A stretch of DNA of 23,736 nt, from positions 1 to 23,736 of the forward strand of contig JBNJGY010000030.1 in NCBI GenBank assembly GCA_051748045.1, given 5' to 3'. The position numbers and the translations under genes were made by a program. Shown piece after piece: positions 1-7,929 of this stretch (its first letter is position 1; every line of letters starts with the position of its first letter). Source of the DNA: Thermotogota bacterium. GTDB lineage: Bacteria > Thermotogota > Thermotogae > Petrotogales > Petrotogaceae. The notes below the pieces were generated by a model. It was not told where the DNA came from and did not search any database. It worked only from the letters and a program-made list of their open reading frames with translations.

Positions 1-195
1 GGATGTTCAGCTTTTGCCAAAGCATTTATTAATGGCGAAATAGATAAAAATGCATGTCTTCCAGGAAAAAGACAAGGAGTTCCTGAAAAATTAGATCTCA
101 TTAGTAAGATGAGTGACGAAGAATTGGATGATCTATATCAAAAAGCTGATGAGGAAGAAGATAAAATTAAAGAAGAATTGGAAAAGAGACTATAA
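1..195 (+). CDS. Partial (3' end) RnfB-like Fe-S protein, short form
   Basis: Frame 1 is open from base 1 to TAA at 193-195 and reads GCSAFAKAFINGEIDKNACLPGKRQGVPEKL...EKRL. GC..FA.A...C.PG matches the second half of the RnfB N-terminal Fe-S motif. Not in the ORF track because the start lies outside the window. Confidence 0.7.
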   Translation, partial: GCSAFAKAFINGEIDKNACLPGKRQGVPEKLDLISKMSDEELDDLYQKADEEEDKIKEELEKRL

Positions 196-202
196 TAATA
201 AA

Positions 203-237
203 ATAATGCAGGCCTTTTGGCCTGCATTATAATTTTT
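203..237. terminator. Bidirectional intrinsic terminator
   Basis: Perfect 12-bp stem ATAATGCAGGCC (203-214) / GGCCTGCATTAT (219-230) with a TTTT loop and A/T-rich flanks, between convergent genes. Confidence 0.9.
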
Positions 238-738
238 TTAATAAAGAGGTTCAAACCCCATTTCATCCCAGTAATCTTTCATCATATCTCTATAAAGCTG
301 GTAAAGTGTATCTCTATGAGTTTTTTCCCAATTAGCTAATTTGTTTAATATATCTATTGCATCTTTATCTTCAATATTTTTAGCAGCATTTTCATAGAAA
401 TTTTTAAAATCTTCTTCTATTAAATAAGCCATTCTTAAAATAGAAAGATCAGAGGTCATGTCTTCAATGTCTTTTTCGACGATTTCATTCTTTTTTCTTG
501 TTTCAAAAAAACTATTATCTTCTTCAAAAATAACTTCATTTAGTTTTTTATTACCATTTTCTGTTGTATCTATAAGTTCTTGGATATATTTCATATGGTC
601 ATATTCCATTTCAGCTAAATTTTCAAATATTTCTTTTAATTGTGCATTTTTAACTTTGTCTTTGTTATTTTTATAAAAAACATTTCCTTCTTTTTCTCTA
701 GATAACGCATATTTAAGAATACCTAAAACTCTACTCAT
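238..738 (-). CDS. Ferritin-like / rubrerythrin-family di-iron protein without a rubredoxin domain
   Basis: Twice-repeated E...FY...ExxH pattern (E-KEGNVFY...EYDH; EEDFKNFY...EKTH); AGGAGG SD upstream. Confidence 0.88.
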   Translation of the reverse strand: MSRVLGILKYALSREKEGNVFYKNNKDKVKNAQLKEIFENLAEMEYDHMKYIQELIDTTENGNKKLNEVIFEEDNSFFETRKKNEIVEKDIEDMTSDLSILRMAYLIEEDFKNFYENAAKNIEDKDAIDILNKLANWEKTHRDTLYQLYRDMMKDYWDEMGFEPLY

Positions 739-773
739 ATTTATTACCTCCTAAAATAATGAAATATATTTCA

Positions 774-802
774 ATTATAACATTAAATTAACTAAAAGAC
801 AA
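774..802 (-). promoter_or_regulatory. Sigma70-type promoter of the ferritin-like gene
   Basis: Minus strand TTGTCT (802-797), 17-nt spacer, TATAAT (779-774) with an extended TG. Confidence 0.7.
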
Positions 803-811
803 AAAATGAAA

Positions 812-2017
812 TTAGTTATTTAAATACTCTTTTTGTTCTGGAGTTAGTTTGTCTATTTCTATATTCATAGTTTCTAGTTTAATATTAGCTATTTTTTTAT
901 CAATAAAATCAGGTACAGGTTTTACATCAATTTCAATATCTTTATTTTCAAGAAAATATTTAGCTGCTTCAAGTTGCAAACTAAAAGATAAGTCCATAAT
1001 TTCTATTGGATGTCCATCTCCATTTACAAGATTAACAAGTCTTCCTTTAGCTAATAAAAAGACAGATTTATTATTTATTTTATATTCTTCAACTCCGGGT
1101 TTAATTTCTTCTATTGAATCAGCGATGTTATTTAAATCATTTACACTAACTTCTACGTCAAAATGTCCAGAGTTTGCTAAAATAGCTCCATCTTTCATGT
1201 TTTTAAAATGTTGTTCAGTAATAATATTTATATCCCCAGTTGCAGTAACAAAAATATCTCCTATATAAGCTGCTTTATCCATTTTCATAACTCTGAAACC
1301 ATCCATTATAGCCTCATTAGCTTTTATGGGGTCAACCTCTGTGACAATTACATTTGCCCCAAGTCCTTTTGCCCTAAGGGCAATGCCTCTTGAACACCAT
1401 CCATATCCTCCGACCACGACATTCTTTCCAGTAACTGTGGTATTAGTGGAACGTATGATTCCATCCCAAGTTGATTGACCAGTTCCATATCTATTGTCAA
1501 AAAGATATTTCATTTTTGAATCATTTACAGCTATAACAGGTACAGGTAATTTTCTTTTTTTATTTAATGATTGATATCTCATTACACCAGTTGTTGTTTC
1601 CTCACAAATTCCAATAAGATTGTCAAAATTAAAATTTTCTATAAATCTCGTACCTAAATCTGCTCCATCATCTATGATAATATCAGGCTGTTGAGATAAT
1701 ACTTTATCTATATTTTCCCAATATATATCTTCATCTAAGGTTTTATCAGCATATACATTCAATCCAAAATCTTTTAATGCTTCAGCAACATCAGGTTGAG
1801 TAGATAAAGGATTACTACCGGTTATTGAAACTTCAGCACCCAGTTGTTTAAAAATAATTGCTAAATAAGCAGTTTTTGCTTCAAGATGAATACTCATTGA
1901 TATCTTTGTTCCCTTAAAAGGTTGCTCTTCAATATATAAATCTCTTAATCTATTAACCACTTTCATATACTTTTTAACCCAATCTATCTTTTGATGTCCT
2001 GATTTTTTTAAATCCAT
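812..2017 (-). CDS. ahcY: Adenosylhomocysteinase (SAH hydrolase)
   Basis: Motifs HLEAKT, SNPLSTQ, DDGAD, EETTTG, K.LFDNRYGTGQS, GYGW, GHFDVE, GRLVNL..GHP. Confidence 0.96.
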   Translation of the reverse strand: MDLKKSGHQKIDWVKKYMKVVNRLRDLYIEEQPFKGTKISMSIHLEAKTAYLAIIFKQLGAEVSITGSNPLSTQPDVAEALKDFGLNVYADKTLDEDIYWENIDKVLSQQPDIIIDDGADLGTRFIENFNFDNLIGICEETTTGVMRYQSLNKKRKLPVPVIAVNDSKMKYLFDNRYGTGQSTWDGIIRSTNTTVTGKNVVVGGYGWCSRGIALRAKGLGANVIVTEVDPIKANEAIMDGFRVMKMDKAAYIGDIFVTATGDINIITEQHFKNMKDGAILANSGHFDVEVSVNDLNNIADSIEEIKPGVEEYKINNKSVFLLAKGRLVNLVNGDGHPIEIMDLSFSLQLEAAKYFLENKDIEIDVKPVPDFIDKKIANIKLETMNIEIDKLTPEQKEYLNN

Positions 2018-2048
2018 TTTTCTCCCCCTTTTTATTATTTATATTATG

Positions 2049-2057
2049 ATTATAACA
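2049..2057 (-). promoter_or_regulatory. Extended -10 promoter element for ahcY
   Basis: Minus strand TGTTATAAT about 30 nt upstream of the start; weak -35. Confidence 0.5.
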
Positions 2058-2199
2058 TTTTAATTTTTAAATTTCTTAATTATTTTTTATAAAGAGATTT
2101 TAAGACAAATGAGTAAAATGTTATTCTGAAAGGATTTATATATCTTTCGTCAAGCTTAAGGTGATGTGGCTAACATTATCAAATTAATGCTTTAAAAAA

Positions 2200-2934
2200 T
2201 TAAAATTCAGTCAAATTTTTCCAATATCTTTTTGGCATTAAATTTCTTTGTAATGTCGGATTATATCTTTCTTTTATACTTAAATGTTTATGATATATTT
2301 TCCAAGCTTCTTGAAAGACAAATTCATTATCAGAATAGAAGTTATCAAAATTTAAATTCAAGTTTTTTATTTCAACAATATCTTTTATGTTTTCATCATG
2401 AACATAAGCAGTATTTCTTTTAGAATCATTAATAATGAAATTTTCATAAGTAAGTCTTTTAGAAAAATGATGGCTTATTATTGGTAAAATATTGTGGTCA
2501 GGCTCAATAACAGAGTAAAAATAACCATTTTTTAATTCTTTAAACCTTACCAACCCTTTAAATCTATGTGATTCAACACTTACTTTGTTTGAATACTCTT
2601 TTATCTTGTTTATCACTTCATTTTTATAAGATCTATCTGTATTATTACCAAATTTATTAATTAAATTTAGATATTTAATAATAAAAATTTCTTTATCAAT
2701 AAGATTGGAAAGAAAAACGTAGTAAAGTTTTTTATGTACTTCTTTAGAGAACTTTTTATTTAACCAATTAAAAATATAATCTGATATTTTTTGTATACTG
2801 TTTATTTTTACAGTCTTAGTTTGAAATAAAGTATTTTTATTAAAAGTAATTTCATCAGTTTTTATTTTATGTTTATATATATAATACAAAACACAATATA
2901 AACCTTCAATAGTATTGTCATATTTAATAAGCAT
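2200..2934 (-). CDS. Putative DNA metabolism protein, TIGR03915/DUF4130 family
   Basis: YD.T.EG N-terminus, E.HRFKGLVRF, EPDHNILP, HF..R, and a C-terminal I.ER.N..LQ...MPKRYWKNLTE signature; overlaps the radical SAM gene. Confidence 0.92.
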   Translation of the reverse strand: MLIKYDNTIEGLYCVLYYIYKHKIKTDEITFNKNTLFQTKTVKINSIQKISDYIFNWLNKKFSKEVHKKLYYVFLSNLIDKEIFIIKYLNLINKFGNNTDRSYKNEVINKIKEYSNKVSVESHRFKGLVRFKELKNGYFYSVIEPDHNILPIISHHFSKRLTYENFIINDSKRNTAYVHDENIKDIVEIKNLNLNFDNFYSDNEFVFQEAWKIYHKHLSIKERYNPTLQRNLMPKRYWKNLTEF

Positions 2935-4198
2935 TTGGAAGTTCTAACTCCTTTCCAGTGAAAAGAGGAATTAATTTAGCACTTTTATTTTTAGATTCAG
3001 AAATAAAATGGTTTTTCAAGATCTCAGGATCTCTTAAAAAACCACTAATTTTTAATCCTGGAACCTCTATAAAGTATTTTGCTCTTTTTAAAACTGCTCC
3101 CATCTTTTTTAATTCATCATATGTTATGGTAGAGTATTTCCTCGCAGAGACAATTCTTCTACAGGTTTTGATTCCAAACCCAGGAATTCTTAAAAGTTCT
3201 TGATATGAGGCTTTATTTACATCTATAGGGAAAAATTCAGAATGGTTTAAAGCCCAAAATATTTTGGGGTCTAAATATTCATTTAAGAAATTATTTGATT
3301 TATCAAATATTTCATTCACAGTAAAATCATAAAATCTTAGTAACCAATCAGCTTGATAAAGTCTGTGTTCTCTATTTCTTTGGATTTTGCCAGAAAAATT
3401 AATTTTAGGGTCATCGTTTACAGGTACATATGCAGAAAAATAAACTCTTTTAAGATGAAATTTATTATATAAAGCTTCAGTTAGATTCAAAATCATATGA
3501 TCATTTTCAGGAGTTGCTCCTACAATCATCTGTGTGGTTTGACCAGCTGGAACAAAATTTGGAGTATTTTTAAATTTCTTTTTATCTTGGTAGACCATAA
3601 GATTATTTTCACCAATAAATTTCATAGGTTTAAAAATATTCTCTTTTGATTTTTGTGGAGCAAGGGCTTTTAAACTTTTTTGGGTTGGTAGTTCAATATT
3701 TACACTCATTCTATCTGATAAAAATCCAGTTTTTCTTATCAAATCAATATTTGCACCTGGTATTGCTTTTACATGTATGTATCCATTAAAATTATGTTCT
3801 TTTCTAAGCTTATAAACAATTTGATACATTTTTTCCATAGTATTGTCTGAATTAATAAAAATGGCAGAACTTAAGAATAAACCTTCTATATAATTTCTTT
3901 TGTAAAATTGTATGGTTAGATTGACTAATTCATTTACTGTGAGAGTACCTCTTTTTATGTTATTTGATTTTCTGTTTATACAATAAGCACAATCGAATAT
4001 ACAGTCATTTGACATAAGTATTTTTAGTAGAGAAATACATCTTCCATCAGAAGTCCAACTATGACAAATACCTCCATAAGAAGCGTTTCCAAGACCTCCT
4101 TTTTTATTTCCTCTAGAACTACCACTTGAAGAACAGGAAATATCATATTTGGCGGATTCAGAAAGTAATTTTATTTTATCTTTTAAATTATTTGCCAT
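2924..4198 (-). CDS. Putative DNA modification/repair radical SAM protein, TIGR03916 family
   Basis: AKYD.SCSSSG, GICHS..DGRCISLLKIL, CxxxCxxC (CIFDCAYC), REHRLYQADWLLRFY, and a C-terminal helix-hairpin-helix (LLRIPGFG). Confidence 0.95.
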   Translation of the reverse strand: MANNLKDKIKLLSESAKYDISCSSSGSSRGNKKGGLGNASYGGICHSWTSDGRCISLLKILMSNDCIFDCAYCINRKSNNIKRGTLTVNELVNLTIQFYKRNYIEGLFLSSAIFINSDNTMEKMYQIVYKLRKEHNFNGYIHVKAIPGANIDLIRKTGFLSDRMSVNIELPTQKSLKALAPQKSKENIFKPMKFIGENNLMVYQDKKKFKNTPNFVPAGQTTQMIVGATPENDHMILNLTEALYNKFHLKRVYFSAYVPVNDDPKINFSGKIQRNREHRLYQADWLLRFYDFTVNEIFDKSNNFLNEYLDPKIFWALNHSEFFPIDVNKASYQELLRIPGFGIKTCRRIVSARKYSTITYDELKKMGAVLKRAKYFIEVPGLKISGFLRDPEILKNHFISESKNKSAKLIPLFTGKELELPNAY

Positions 4199-4230
4199 TT
4201 TATCACCTCGTTATACGTACGTACACATAT

Positions 4231-4259
4231 ATTATACCATAAAAAAATTAGACCTTAAA
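4231..4259 (-). promoter_or_regulatory. Promoter of the radical SAM/DUF4130 operon
   Basis: Minus strand TTTAAG (4259-4254), 17-nt spacer, TATAAT (4236-4231) with an extended TG; SD GAGGTG downstream. Confidence 0.6.
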
Positions 4260-4269
4260 GGCCTAATTT
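4241..4269 (-). terminator. Intrinsic terminator overlapping the rdgB stop codon
   Basis: Minus-strand RNA AAAUUAGGCCU-UUA-AGGUCUAAUUU (11 bp with one G-U) ending in a 7-U run; pairs fully only on the minus strand. Confidence 0.65.
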
Positions 4270-4836
4270 ATATAAAATCTCTTTTAGTTTATCAAAAGCT
4301 CTAAATCTATGACTGATTTTATTTTTAATTTCTTCTCCTAGTTCTCCAAAAGTTCTTTCATATCCATCAGGAATGAAAAAAGGATCATATCCAAAACCAT
4401 TATTACCTTTTATAGTTTTAGAAATTGTTCCATAAACTCTACCTTCTGTTGACAATAAAATATTATTGTTTGGATCAAAATATGTAGCAGAACTAGCAAA
4501 ATAAGCAATTCTATTGTCTTTTATTTTTTCTAGCAAAGATTCCATTTTTTCTTTATAAGAAAATCCATCCATATATCTAGCAGATTTAACCCCTGGAAAC
4601 CCTCCTAATTCTTTAATACAAAGGCCAGAATCATCTGCGAAGACAGGTTTATTTAAAATATTACCTGCTGTGACAGCTTTAATTGTAGAATTTTCAATAA
4701 AAGAATTAGCACATTCTTCAGGATTAAAAACTTCAACTTCATCAAAAATTGAATGTATTTGAAAATGATCTTTAAATATTTGCTGAATTTCATTTAATTT
4801 ATGGTTATTTGAAGTTGCGAAATATATTTTTTTCAT
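4255..4836 (-). CDS. rdgB: Non-canonical purine NTP pyrophosphatase (RdgB/HAM1)
   Basis: ATSN.HK..E, ADDSGL, PGVKSARY, GFGYDPFF, K..ISHR. Confidence 0.95.
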   Translation of the reverse strand: MKKIYFATSNNHKLNEIQQIFKDHFQIHSIFDEVEVFNPEECANSFIENSTIKAVTAGNILNKPVFADDSGLCIKELGGFPGVKSARYMDGFSYKEKMESLLEKIKDNRIAYFASSATYFDPNNNILLSTEGRVYGTISKTIKGNNGFGYDPFFIPDGYERTFGELGEEIKNKISHRFRAFDKLKEILYKLGL

Positions 4837-5480
4837 TTTACCTTTTCCTTCATTAATAGTATTTCTCTTTCAGGATTATTTGATTTAAAAATTGCAGAAC
4901 CTGAAATAAATTCTCTAGCTCCAGCATCATATAAAGGTTTTATTTTATCTTTATTTACTCCACCATCTACTTGTATTTGAACATTTAAATTTTTCATATC
5001 TATCATTTCTTTTAATGATTGAATTTTGTCATATGAGTATTCTATGAAAGATTGACCACCGAAACCAGGATTAACACTCATTATCAGTATACTATCAACA
5101 ATTTTTAATATATTTTCTAAAAGATAAATGCTTGTATGAGGATTTATGGAAACACCTGCTTTTATCCCTTTTTCTTTAATCGCATTTATTGTTCTATCTA
5201 GATGATTTGTAGCTTCATAATGTATTGTTAATGAATCAGAATATTTCGAAAAATCATCTATATATTTTTCAGGGTTTTCTATCATTAAATGTGTGTCTAA
5301 ATATATCTTGGTATTTTGTTTTACCGATTTTATTATTGGATTTCCAAAACTAATATTAGGAACAAAATTTCCATCCATAACATCCATATGTAACCCATCA
5401 GCTACATTTATTACCTTTTCAATGTCTTTTTCAAGATTAAAAAAATCAGCGGATAATAACGAAGGGTATATTTTTACCAT
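4833..5480 (-). CDS. rpe: Ribulose-phosphate 3-epimerase
   Basis: PSLLSADF, HMDVMDG.FVPN, HLMI, MSVNPGFGGQ, VDGG. Confidence 0.96.
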   Translation of the reverse strand: MVKIYPSLLSADFFNLEKDIEKVINVADGLHMDVMDGNFVPNISFGNPIIKSVKQNTKIYLDTHLMIENPEKYIDDFSKYSDSLTIHYEATNHLDRTINAIKEKGIKAGVSINPHTSIYLLENILKIVDSILIMSVNPGFGGQSFIEYSYDKIQSLKEMIDMKNLNVQIQVDGGVNKDKIKPLYDAGAREFISGSAIFKSNNPEREILLMKEKVK

Positions 5481-6370
5481 TTTTTCACCTTCTTTTCTAT
5501 TTCATTATAAATAGTTAAATAGTTTTCATATCTCACTTTAGATATTTCTCCATTTTCAACAGCTTGTTTTACTCCACATTGAGGTTCATTAATGTGTAGA
5601 CAGTCTACAAATTGACAATATCTTGAGTATTGGTAAAATTCATAAAAATAATCTTTGAGATTTTCTTTTTCAATGTTATATGTTTCTATGTTAGCAAAAC
5701 CAGGGGTATCAGCTACGTATCCCCCAAAATCAAAATGTAGTAATTCTGTATGAGTGGTTGTATGTTTTCCCCTTTTTAATCTATCAGATATTTCTCCTAC
5801 TTTTAATTCTAATCCAGGAGATATCATATTTAATATGGATGATTTTCCTACACCAGACATACCAGCTAATGTACTCACTTTGTTTTTCATTTTTTCTCTT
5901 ATTAATTCTACATTCATATTTCTCTTTGTAGAAGTTTTAATAACTGTATATAAATCAGAATAAATATTCATGAATTTTTCTTTTAAGTTTTCGTCATAAT
6001 CTTTCAGAAGATCAACTTTATTAAGGATTATAATTATATCTAAATCTTCTTTTTCAGCTTGAACAATAAATTTGTCTACGATTAGAAAATCAACCTCAGG
6101 ATTTTTTAAAGTAGTTACCAATAAAACTTGATCTAAATTTGCAATTGAAGGTCTATATAGAATATTTTTTCTTTCTAATATATTTTCTATTTTTCCAATA
6201 TTTTCATTATCTTTTATGCTGTATTCTATGTAGTCGCCTACTATTGGTCGGATTTTCAGTTTTTTGAATTTTCCTCTAAGCATACATTCTACATATTCTC
6301 CACTTTTTAAATCATTAATTGTTACCATATTTGAATGAAATCTAGTTACGATTCCTTTTTTCCAAGACAT
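5474..6370 (-). CDS. rsgA: Ribosome small subunit-dependent GTPase A
   Basis: OB-fold N-terminus, circularly permuted G motifs (NKVD, GMSGVGKS, GKHTT, DTPG) and Zn site CQFVDCLH..EP.C. Confidence 0.96.
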   Translation of the reverse strand: MSWKKGIVTRFHSNMVTINDLKSGEYVECMLRGKFKKLKIRPIVGDYIEYSIKDNENIGKIENILERKNILYRPSIANLDQVLLVTTLKNPEVDFLIVDKFIVQAEKEDLDIIIILNKVDLLKDYDENLKEKFMNIYSDLYTVIKTSTKRNMNVELIREKMKNKVSTLAGMSGVGKSSILNMISPGLELKVGEISDRLKRGKHTTTHTELLHFDFGGYVADTPGFANIETYNIEKENLKDYFYEFYQYSRYCQFVDCLHINEPQCGVKQAVENGEISKVRYENYLTIYNEIEKKVKKW

Positions 6371-6870
6371 TAATTTCCTCCCTCATATAATCCAACATTT
6401 AAGACTATTTTATCAGAATTCATTTCTTTTCCAGGAGTTGGAGTGATGCTTACAACAATTCCATTTTTCTCGATATCATAAGTTCTTATTTTATTTATTT
6501 CATATTTTAAACCGTATTCAATTAAAAATTGTTCAGCTACTTCATAAGGCATTCCTATTAAGTCTGGAGATTTTTGTTTTTCTAGATTTCTCATTTGTAC
6601 TATTATATGGTGACCTTTTCTTACTTTTACACCTGCATCAGGCTCAGTATATATAACTTTATCACCGTTACCAATAAAATCAGGAATTAATCCTTTTTCT
6701 TCTAGAGCTTCTTTTGCTGTTTCTAGATTATTATTAATGAGATAAGGTACTTCTACAATTTTTGAACTGTTAGTATATGCAAGCATAAAAAAATAAAATA
6801 AAAGACCAGCAGAAATAATGCCAAAAATAAAAAAGCCTATTGATTTAAAGAATTTATTGATAAATTTCAT
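6370..6870 (-). CDS. Membrane-anchored PASTA-domain protein without a kinase domain
   Basis: N-terminal TM helix followed by two PASTA-like repeats (VEVPYLI...A...LE.KGL...V...P.AG..V..G; PDLIGM..E.A...L...GL...GIVVS..P.PG). Confidence 0.85.
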   Translation of the reverse strand: MKFINKFFKSIGFFIFGIISAGLLFYFFMLAYTNSSKIVEVPYLINNNLETAKEALEEKGLIPDFIGNGDKVIYTEPDAGVKVRKGHHIIVQMRNLEKQKSPDLIGMPYEVAEQFLIEYGLKYEINKIRTYDIEKNGIVVSITPTPGKEMNSDKIVLNVGLYEGGN

Positions 6871-6882
6871 AATTCCCCCCTA

Positions 6883-7929
6883 TTATCTAACATGCTTACC
6901 TTTTAACTGTCCGCAAGCAGCATCTATATCAGTTCCTTTTTCAGCTCTAATAACTGTATCTATTCCTTTGTCTCTTAAAATATTAGCGAATTGCTTTAAA
7001 TATTCTCTTTTTGGTTTTTCATAACCAGCAGGATTAGGGTTTACCGGGATAATATTCACCATAGATTTTAAACTACCAATCAATTCAGCTAATTTTAGTG
7101 CATCTTCTTTTGAATCATTAAATCCTTTAATAGCTATATATTCAAATGTCACTCTTTTATTTGTTTTTTCTTGATAAATTCTACAAGACTGCATTAATTC
7201 TTCAACAGGGTGTTTTGTATTTATTGGCATTAGTTGATCTCTTTTATAATTGGTTGCTGCATGCAAAGAAACAGATAACCTTATTTCTATATCAAGATCA
7301 CCTAGTTTTTCAATTTTATCTGTAATACCAGATGTTGAGACAGTTATATGACGAGCTCCAAGGTTTCTCATTTTTTTATCGTTTAAATTCAAGATACTAT
7401 TTACAACATTATCATAATTTAATAAAGGTTCTCCCATTCCCATATAAACAATATTATTTATTTTTCTATCTAGATATTTTTCTATAGTTAATACTTGAGA
7501 TATAATTTCTCCACCTGTCATATTTCTGGTAAAACCAAGTTTTCCAGTATTACAAAAAGTACATTTTAAGGCACAACCAACTTGAGAAGAAATACAGGCT
7601 GCAATTCTGTTTGGGTAGTATAAGATAACAGATTCTACTAATGCTCCATCTTCTAATTTGAAAAGGAATTTTGTAGTATCATCTTGTTTAGATTTTTGAA
7701 TATCAACTATTTCAGGATTAGAAATATTATAGTTTTTAGCTAATTTTTCTCTTGCACCTTTTGATATATTAGTCATTTCTTCAAAATTAAAAACATGTTT
7801 ATTATATACCCAGTCTAATATTTGATCGGTTCTAAATTTTTTAAAATCTAAGTTTTCTTGTAAATCTTTTTTTAAATCTTCATACGAAAAATTCAATATG
7901 TCTTTTTTATTCAATTTTATTTCCTCCAT
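6883..7929 (-). CDS. rlmN: 23S rRNA m2A2503 / tRNA methyltransferase RlmN
   Basis: CISSQVGC, CxxxCxxC (CALKCTFC), MGMGEP, SLHA, DIDAACGQL. Confidence 0.96.
   Translation of the reverse strand: MEEIKLNKKDILNFSYEDLKKDLQENLDFKKFRTDQILDWVYNKHVFNFEEMTNISKGAREKLAKNYNISNPEIVDIQKSKQDDTTKFLFKLEDGALVESVILYYPNRIAACISSQVGCALKCTFCNTGKLGFTRNMTGGEIISQVLTIEKYLDRKINNIVYMGMGEPLLNYDNVVNSILNLNDKKMRNLGARHITVSTSGITDKIEKLGDLDIEIRLSVSLHAATNYKRDQLMPINTKHPVEELMQSCRIYQEKTNKRVTFEYIAIKGFNDSKEDALKLAELIGSLKSMVNIIPVNPNPAGYEKPKREYLKQFANILRDKGIDTVIRAEKGTDIDAACGQLKGKHVR

Noticed and set aside
238-290. Encapsulin cargo-loading peptide on the ferritin-like protein
   Set aside because: The C-terminus YWDEMGFEPLY does not resemble the L.IGSL / LGIRK-type peptide, and no encapsulin gene is in the window.
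2018-2199. SAH or SAM riboswitch upstream of ahcY
   Set aside because: No recognisable conserved core, and the probable promoter leaves only about 25 nt of leader.
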